This document shows positions 34,238 to 41,569 of a stretch of DNA of 41,569 nucleotides, one piece after another. The stretch is from Spirogloea muscicola. Lineage: Eukaryota. A model generated the notes under the pieces. The model worked only from the letters and a program-made list of their open reading frames with translations, ran no database searches and was not told the DNA's origin. The stretch is from positions 148,381 to 189,949 of the forward strand of contig WELB01000010.1 of NCBI GenBank assembly GCA_009602725.1. The letters are read 5' to 3'. Numbering within the stretch: the first letter of the stretch is position 1; each line of letters opens with the position of its first letter. The position numbers and the translations under genes were made by a program.

Positions 34238-35600
34238 TTACCGGCACGCATCCAGCAATGCACGGCCAAACTTCACATGGAGGCTGTGGCCAGCCTGCAC
34301 TGCCAACAGATGTTTCAAGGTTCTCAGGAGACAAGTACATGTAGTACTTGCAGGGCTTTAGGGTCATCAGTCATACGGAGTTGCTACACGAATGTGTTTA
34401 TAGCTAGTTATATATATGGCCTTTGGTGTTTGCGCTGCAGGATCAGTGAGTGATGAGGGGGACCTTGAAGGCCACAACGTGGGCGACTGGCAAGCCTGGG
34501 TAACCATGCTCGCCGCACAGTGCAAGGTCGCCCACAAGGTCCAGCAGCTTGTGCCGCACGGGCTCCTCGGCGTAGCGCAGCGGTGGGTTGAGCCACCCCC
34601 GCTCCTTGCTGCGAGCGATGGCAGCAGGCGGAGGACGAGCGGCCCCACATGAGAGCAGCTGATGACATTAGCAGTGCCACCGGCGCCCAGCAAAGGCACA
34701 AGGACGACTATTATCATAGTTGACGCAGCGAGCTCGTACCTGCAGACGAGCGCGTTGTCCAAGGAGCCACCTTTGATGAGGCCAGCAGCACGCTAGTACT
34801 CCACCTGCAAGCGGCCATCACGGTCAAGGCAGCATGTGTTAGCTGGCAAGCTTGCTCTCGGCTTCAGCTCCAGAAGGTGGAATGCCCAGATTGAGAGGCC
34901 TCAAGCAGCAGATGGACAGCCGGGAGAGGGCTACATAACGCTCAGTGGGCAGAGCACTCGCCTCCTCAGCGATGCCGAACGTCCGAGCGCCGGCAATGTC
35001 CGTCGCATACGTCCCAGGCTCGCTGGCATTCCACGTATACCACTGCCGACCGACTACTGGGAGCTGCGCCACTGGCGTGCTGCCGTGCTGATCAGCGACG
35101 CCCTCCGCAGGCAGGCAGCCGTGTCATGCGCTGTCAGCCATCACCGACGGCCGCGCGCGACACACTTGCCTGCGGGAAGTCGATGCCGCAGGTGATGCGG
35201 GCGGTTGGCGCCGGGAAGGCGGCGACGAAGGACTCGCCGTCCTGCACGACGACGGGCGACGTGGGGGCCAGAGCGGCCTGCGGCACGGTGGCGCCGCCGG
35301 CGTCCCGGGCGTCCACCACGCCCGCGGCCTCGATGGCCTCCACCCACAGCCGCGCCGAGCCGTCGAGCAGCGGGACCTCCGGGCCGCCATGGAGCTCGAT
35401 GCGCACGTTGCCGACGCCCAGGCCTCCAGCGCCGACAGCAGGTGCTCGACGGTGGCCACGGAGCCGGGCCCGCTGCCCAGCGCCGTGCTCAGCCGCGTGT
35501 CGAAGACCTCAGCCAGCGCCGCGGGCATCGTCGCTGCCGCGCCGCCGCCGCCGCCGCCGGCGACCACGAAGACGCGGCCACCGCCGCCGTCTCCGACGCC
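34238..35600 (-). pseudogene. lpxC: UDP-3-O-acyl-N-acetylglucosamine deacetylase (LpxC) with disabling lesions; 5' end unresolved
   Basis: Exons ~35600-35170, 35063-34962, 34804-34740, 34608-34464 and 34294-34238. Motifs are [51 protein letters not shown] and AGHSLH. A 1-bp frameshift lies at ~35421 (GAG GCC TGG GCG instead of GAG GCC CTG GGC), and an in-frame TAG at 34795-34793 (VEY*RAAG). Confidence 0.85.
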
Positions 35601-36015
35601 AGCGTCATCACCGTCGCCGCCGTGGTCGCTCCCGCCTCCCCCGCGCACCCCGCCGCTGAGCCAGCCACCCGCCTCGTCCTCACCGCTGCTTGCTCCGTCT
35701 GAGCCTCTACGGTGCCGGCACTGTCAGCGCCCCTGGCCAACCCAGCGTGCTCGGACCTCGCACGAGCGCGCTTGCCAGCAGCAGGCCAATCGTGCTGCGC
35801 AGACGCGGGCCACGTCCGCAACGGGCANGCGGCATCGGCGGCCGGAGCGGCGGCGACGGCGGCGGCGGCGGCGGCGCCCATGCCCGCCGCATCTGTCGCC
35901 GCGCTTCCCGGCGAGCTTGGCGGGGGGACGGAAGGCGCAAAAGGCGCCAAAAAATCCCCCCAACTTGGCAACAGCTGTCTCTAGGTCACCTAAGTTTGTT
36001 TCAATCTCAATGAAG

Positions 36016-36450
36016 TCATGAACTCCCTCTGTATGCACCTGGCTGGCATGTACAGACGTTCTTTTGACATCAGCAGCCGCATCTACTCTATGCAAGAGGC
36101 TGCAGCGCATGGGAGCTCACAAGTCCCGGAGTCAGCAGCCGCAAGTCAGACTGATTTGCAGCTGAGGGGGAGAAGTGGGCTTCTTCCAGTCGAGGGCAAG
36201 GGCCTGGAGAAGCCTGCTTACAGTTGTGTGTTTCAGCGCTTGGGCCCCCTCCTCGTACTTTGTTCATTCTTTTTTGGGCTGGCTTTTCCAGCCCCTATCC
36301 TCAATGGGCGAGCACTTTCTTCTTTTCACGGGGGCGAGCGGACCGGTTCACACGACCTCCTGTGAGACGGCATGCAGGGTGTGTTCATGATGAGCGGCTG
36401 CTGATATCTAAGAATCGGCTGTAAACTGCCAGCCAGATGCATATGGAGGC
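36016..36450. mobile_element. Cluster of short 3' tips: B (+, 36016-36083), E (+, ~36225-36325) and B (-, ~36393-36450)
   Basis: Direct similarity to 11676-11736 and 40420-40500. Confidence 0.7.
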
Positions 36451-36599
36451 CGGCTACAAGGTGGCAGTGGAAGAAAATACGAGAACGATGCCCCGTCCAG
36501 CGGGGCCGCCAACGGCCAGCTCCACCCCCGCTGCGCTGACCTAGTCGCCATCCCGCCGAAGGAGGTCCGCATATCATCGCAGATTGCGTCGACTCCGCC

Positions 36600-39083
36600 A
36601 ATGGCCCGTGCAGCGGCCCGCCGCCACTGGCAGCAGGGCGAGCAGCCTGGCTTCAATCTCGCCGGGTCCCTCGCTCAAGTCTTCCGGGTGCGCTTGGCCA
36701 CCGCTTTGCAGCTGTCCCTTGCCTTCGCGGTTCACTTGCGCGCAGGCCGCGCTTTGGCAGGCGGCCTCCGACTTCCGTCAGGGCCACGTCTTTCCGCCTG
36801 CTAGCTATCCAGACTTACATCTTCTGACTAGAGGTTTCTGAGTGTCCCCTTCGCTGATGTCTTAGTCCGAGTGGGTGGTGTTGGCAGTGGACGTCCGCAA
36901 CGCGTTCAACTGCGTCGACCGCGCAGCTGTCGCCGAGGAGCTCCGTGATGCCTCCCCCACCCTGCTGCCGTTCTTCCGGCTGGGCTACGGCCAGCCCAGT
37001 GATCTCCTATGGCGACTTGGAGCCGGAGGGGTGGAGGTCCTTCAGTCTTCCACGGGCACGCGTCAGGGGGACCCGCTGGCGGGGTTCTTCTACGCGCTGG
37101 CCCACGACCGCGCCCTGAAGGCCACGGCAGCTGCTCACCCGGGCGTCCTCATGCCCACGGATGCCGACGACACCACCCTAGTCGGGCAAGCAGACGAGGT
37201 CTTGGCTGCCTTTGCCACCCTCGAGGAGCAGCTGAAGGAGATCGGCCTGGACATCCACGCGTCGAAGTGCAGCGCTTGGTCCCCACAAGGGTTGCCAGCC
37301 CTCCTCCACCTACCCTCCGGCTGTCAGACACCAGCGGGGGGCCTCACACTCCTCGGGGTTCCCTTGGGCTCACCGGCCTTCGTGGACGAGCAGCTGCGCG
37401 GCAAGCTGCAGGAGTACCTCAAGCCGGCGGCCCGCCTCCCTGAGCTGCACGACGTGCAGCCAGGGCTCGCCATGCTGACGCGCAGCATTGCGCAACATCC
37501 CCTGTACCTGGCTCGAGCCCTCCCCCCCTCTCCGGCGGCGCAGGCCGCTTACGCAACCTTCGATGCAGGTATCCTCGCCAGCACAGCGGCCCTGGTCCAA
37601 CACCCGGCCTTCCTGGCGACGCCGGCTGCCGTGCACCAGGCCTCCCTGCCTGTGAGCCGCGGGGGTACGGGCTGCCGTCCGCTGGCTCGTGCCTGCCGGG
37701 CAGCACACCTGGGGAGTTGGGCGCAGGTTGCGGCTTCGGTGGCCCAGCGTTTCATTCGGCATGGGGGTCGCCTTCTGGAGCAGGCGGCAGCGGACGTGGA
37801 GACTGGCACGTTGCCCGTCCAGGCGGCTCTCCGCTCAGCCCGGGATGCGCTGCTTGCAGATCACCCCGCTCTGGTGCCACGGGCCGTCCCGTTTGCGCAC
37901 CTCGCGCGCACGGTCGACCTCCGGGCCCAAGCTCGCTTCATGGCAGAGGTAGATGCGGCCTCCTTCACCACAGCGATAGGGCTCTTGCCATCGGCCGACC
38001 TCTGGAGGCGGGGGCGCTCGCGGTTGCTCTCGGCATCCTCACCAGGGGCGGCAGCTTGGTTGTCTGCCCTGCCGATCCACGACGCGCTCCGAATGCCCGA
38101 TGACGCCTTCCGTACGGCGGTGCACCGCCTGCTCGGCCTCCAGCCACCCTGCCTCAGTGGATTACAGTAGTGTGAGTGCGGAGAGGGCAGTTCAGACGCG
38201 GCATTGCTGGCAGCTCACATGCTCAGGTGCGCACGGGGCGGGGAGCGGACAGGAACACACGACCTGCTGCGGAATGCAATGTTTGGCATCTTTGTCGAGG
38301 CCAATTACACACTGGCGCTCGAGAATACCAGCATCATGCCTCCGACCGCGGGGGCGGATGGCCGCATCCACACCCGGCGGGCCGATCTCGTCGCCAACGC
38401 GCTCGGCGGGGGGCCTCGGCTTATCACCGACGTTGTCACGACTGATTGCTTTGATTCCAGCAGCGCCAAACGCTCGTCGGAGGAGGCGGGCTACGCAGTC
38501 TGCCAAGCGGCGGGCGCGAAGGAACAGATATTCTCGGACCACCCGGTGGGAGACGAGTTTGTTCCACTGGCAGTCGACGTGCACGGAGCCTTTGGCACAA
38601 AATGGCTTGACTTGCTTCACCGCCTTGGCGGCGTGCAGCAGCCTGCCGCCTCCTGCCTCGGGCAGCAGGGCGAGCAGCCCGGCTTCAATGTCGCCAGCTC
38701 CCTCGCTCAAGTCTTCCGAATGCGGTTGGCCATCTCGATGCAGCGGTCCCTTGCCTTCGCGGTTCACTTGCGCGCAGGCTGAGCTTTGGCGGCGGCCTCC
38801 AGCTTCCGTCAGGGCGACGTCTTTCCGCCGGCTAGGTACTCAGACTTGCATCTCCTGACTAGTGGTTACTGAGCGTTCCCTGGCTGATGCCTTAGTCCTA
38901 GTCCTTGGCACACCGGCTCCTTCAGACCTTGTCCATTCCTTTGGGCTGGCCTTTCCCAGCCACCAGTCAATCTGGCCGCGCTTTCTTTGCTGATGTCTTT
39001 AGTCATTCGCTCTCCGGCTCCTTCAAACCGTGTCCATTCCTTTGGGCTGGCCTCTCCCAGCCACCGGTCAATCTGGCCGCGCT
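36600..39083 (+). mobile_element. Short family D copy (36600-36868, resuming 38989-39083) whose 3' UTR hosts the long D copy
   Basis: QQGEQPGFNLAGSLAQVFRVRL...LLTRGF*. The UTR breaks after gctgatgtcttagtc(c) and resumes with gctgatgtctttagtc at 38989. Confidence 0.75.
36869..38988 (+). mobile_element. Long degenerate CRE-like non-LTR retrotransposon (family D): RT, CCHC and restriction-like endonuclease
   Basis: LAVDVRNAFNCV, GTRQGDPL, DADD (YADD mutated), GLDIHASK and LLGVPLG. In-frame TAG at 38168, then CECG..AHMLRC..THDLLRN, RRADLV..LITDVVTTD and FVPLAVDVHGAFG. Ends (S)GY* plus a hairpin UTR. Confidence 0.92.
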
Positions 39084-39084
39084 T

Positions 39085-39630
39085 GCCAACCCCGCCAAGT
39101 CGGCGACGCTCGCTGGGCACGCGGTCGCTTTGGCGGCTCGGAGTAAGGAGCGCAATTTTGCTGACCAGCTGACCACCCTCCAGGGGATGACTTCGCGGCC
39201 CTGGCCATTGACGTTCACGGGGCCTTTGGCAGGGGCTGGTTGGATCTCCTCCAGCGGCTTGCCCCGGCAGTCCATCGGACGGCGGCCGGGTCTGCCAGGC
39301 TTCAATGCTGCCAGGCTTCAATGCTGCTGGCTCCCTCGCCCAGGTCTTCCGCATGAGGCTGGCGGTCTCGCTCCAGCGCTCTTTGGCTCACGCAGTCCAC
39401 ACGCGCGCTGGCCGTGCAATGGCTGCTGCCTCAGGGTCTCGGCGGATTGCCGCTTTTCCTGCCTGGATTTATTCTTACTTGCTGTCACTCGTGGGTACTG
39501 AGCTTCCATCTGCATCATTACGTGTCCTGGTGTGTAGTTTCGTCTTTCCGTTCACCGTTTCTGTGGCCTTTGAGGCCTGCGGACATTGTCCAATCATTTC
39601 TGGGCTGGCTTTGCTAGCCCCTCTTTTTTG
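39085..39630 (+). mobile_element. Family F 3' fragment
   Basis: LAGHAVALAARSKERNFAD...GFNAAGSLAQVFRMRLAVSLQRSLAHAVHTRAGRA...VTRGY* plus a hairpin UTR. Confidence 0.8.
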
Positions 39631-39634
39631 GGTA

Positions 39635-39950
39635 TTCTGTGTATCTGAAACAAACGAAGGTAAAATGGCAAAGTACAAAGGCAAGCACATCTGAAGACCT
39701 ACAAACCCTACAGCAGATTGACCCGCTCAGTAACCACGGGTCAATACATAAAGGTCGCTAATCGATGCCTGTATACTAGATGGCAGATACGAAGCCCTTC
39801 TGCTACCAACTAGAGCTCGCCCAGCTTTCTGGTGCAAAGCATTAGCCTGAGCACGCTGCAAACTGGCCGAAACTCGTTGTCGCAAGAACGACAGATATGC
39901 AGCTGGCAAGCCCATCTCAGCCGGGAACTTATCTGCATATCTTCTTCTAT
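39635..39950 (-). mobile_element. Family C' 3' fragment
   Basis: EMGLPAAYLSFLRQRVSASLQRAQANALHQKAGRAL...LYVLTRGY* plus the C'-type UTR. Confidence 0.85.
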
Positions 39951-40007
39951 GGGCGAGCCATTTCTTCTTTTTTGGGCAGGCCATCGATCATCGGCAGGGT
40001 CCGCAAG

Positions 40008-41297
40008 AAGAAGAAGGAATGCTCGCCCATAGAGAATGGGGGCTGGCAAAGCCGGCCCAAAAAGAATGGACAATGTCCAAAGCCAAAGAAAGAGGTACCG
40101 AAAAAGGACAACACTACCAAAGACGACCACGCACTAGGGAAGCTCAGTACCCGCGGGTGAGCAACATCAGGTCGGAGTAGCTCGTTGCCGAGAGAGAGGG
40201 AAGGAGGCACTCCGCCGAGACCCGGAGGCCGCGGCCAGAGCACGTCCTGCGCGTATGTGGACGGCGTGGGCAGGAGAGCGTCGGAGCGATACCGCCAGAC
40301 GCATGCGGAAGACTTGGGCGAACCGGCGGCGTTGAAGCCGGGCAGCGCCCCTGGCAGCGCCCCTGAGTGATTCGTAGCTGCTTTGTTTCTTTGTGTGCTT
40401 GTTTTTCTTAGCGCTTCCCCTGGCCCCCTTCTCGTACTCTGTTCATTCTTTTTTGGGCTGGCTTTTCCAGCCCCTATTCTCAAAGAAGAAAGTGCTCGCC
40501 CATTGAGAATAGGGGCTGGAACAACCAGCCCGAAAAAGAATGAACAGAGTACGAGAAGGGGGCCAGGGGAAGCGCTAAGTAACAGAAACAAAGCTGCTAC
40601 GAGACACTCAGTAACCCCTGCTAAGCAGCCGCAGATCAGAGATGCTGGGCTCCTGGAAGTGGGTCCCCTGGCCAGAGCCAGAGGCAGCAGCGAGGGCTCT
40701 GCCGGCACGAAGGTGCAGCGCCCGGGCCATGGACCTCTGCAGCGAGACGGCCAGGCGCATTCGATACACTTGCGCCAGCGACCCGGCGGCAGGGAAGTCA
40801 ACCGGCTCCCCATGGAAGCGCTGGGCGATGGTGTGGCGGGCGAGCTGGGTGAGCAGCTCGAGCCACCGAGCGCCCAGCGCCCCATGTGTGTCGATGGCCA
40901 ACGGGAAGAACTCGTCTTCCCGCGGATGATCCGCGTACTTCAGCTCTTTGGCCCGAGCAGCGCAGGCGACCGCATACCCAGCCGTGGTGGCACATTTGGC
41001 TGGGTGTGAGCGGTCATAGGCATCAGTAGTCACCACGTCCAGGAGAAGACGTGGCCCGCCGGCCTCTCAAAGGGCGAGCACTTTCTTCTTTTCCAGCCCC
41101 TATCCTCAATGGGCGGGCACTTCTTCTCCCTGGCAGACCCGGCCGCCGGTCAATGGCCTGACGGGCAAGCCGTTGGAGGAGATCCAGCCAGCGTCTGCCG
41201 AAAGCCCCGTGGACGTCGATCGCCAGGGCCTCGAATTCGTCACCAACCGGGTGGTCGGCATATTTTCGCTCTTTGCCCGGGGCCGCCAGGCCGACCT
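40008..41297 (-). mobile_element. Family F copy (41297-41128 and 40360-40008) interrupted by family E sequences
   Basis: 41128-41297 and 40300-40357 together reproduce the contiguous 7085-7312 sequence. It ends RGY* (cgcgggtactgag) plus a hairpin UTR. Confidence 0.75.
40484..41062 (-). mobile_element. 5'-truncated family E copy
   Basis: GGPRLLLDVVTTDAY...ARAKELKYADHPREDEFFPLAIDTHGALGARWLELL...QVYRMRLAVSLQRSMA...LRLLSRGY* plus UTR. Confidence 0.85.
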
Positions 41298-41344
41298 GCG
41301 GACATGGGCGAGCTGTACAAGGAGTTCGACACCTCCCTCCTGCA

Positions 41345-41569
41345 AACCTCCTACGTGACGCCATGTATGGCATCGTCAAGGAGGCGGGATATCAAGTGGC
41401 GTTGGAGAGCACTGGGGTGATGCCCATCCTCCTCCGCAATGGGGTCCCTCGGACGAGGCGTGTCGATCTGGTCGGCGTCCCCCTGGGAGGTGGCAAGCGG
41501 CTCCTCATGGACGTTGTCCTCACCGACAGCTTCCGGACGAAGGGCCCCATTACTTCTGAGACCGGCTAC
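41345..41569 (+). mobile_element. Family B endonuclease-region fragment running off the window
   Basis: Matches 11064-11270 (NLLRDAMYGIVKE...GGGKRLLMDVVLTDSFR) but retains RRRVDLVG. Confidence 0.85.

Noticed and set aside
34793..34795. TAG reassignment or readthrough to explain the in-frame stop in lpxC (and at 38168)
   Set aside because: The SPL gene ends in TAG, the intact genes have no internal TAG, and both affected loci have other lesions.
4619..35828. Single N bases at 4619, 27480 and 35828 as biological junctions
   Set aside because: Each lies in a GC-rich stretch near a gene 5' end and is most likely an assembly gap; adjacency across them is unreliable.

Overview
Eukaryotic, GC-rich, intron-containing DNA. 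The gene content and intron style suggest a streptophyte green alga (inference only). There are five host loci, and every spliced exon chain was checked by hand for splice sites and reading phase: the 3' end of a small ankyrin protein (+), a plant CCCH zinc-finger protein (-), an intronless subfamily VIII/RSL-like bHLH (+), a 15-exon SPL1/12/14-type SBP-box factor (+), and an lpxC with a frameshift and an in-frame stop (-). Most DNA in 4.7-16.5 kb, 20.4-27.1 kb and 36-41.6 kb is a nested mosaic of 5'-truncated non-LTR retrotransposons of the restriction-like-endonuclease (CRE-like) type. At least 6-8 divergent families are present (my working labels B, C, C', D, E, F, G, H). They share a C-terminal RGY-stop, a 3'-terminal hairpin (GGCTGGC-N-CAGCC or GGCCA-N-TGGCC) and a pyrimidine tail with no poly(A). 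They insert mostly into pyrimidine tracts of one another with 4-16 bp duplications. One copy carries a 127-bp mitochondrial rps1-like insert, and one two-family chimeric junction occurs twice, 34 kb apart.
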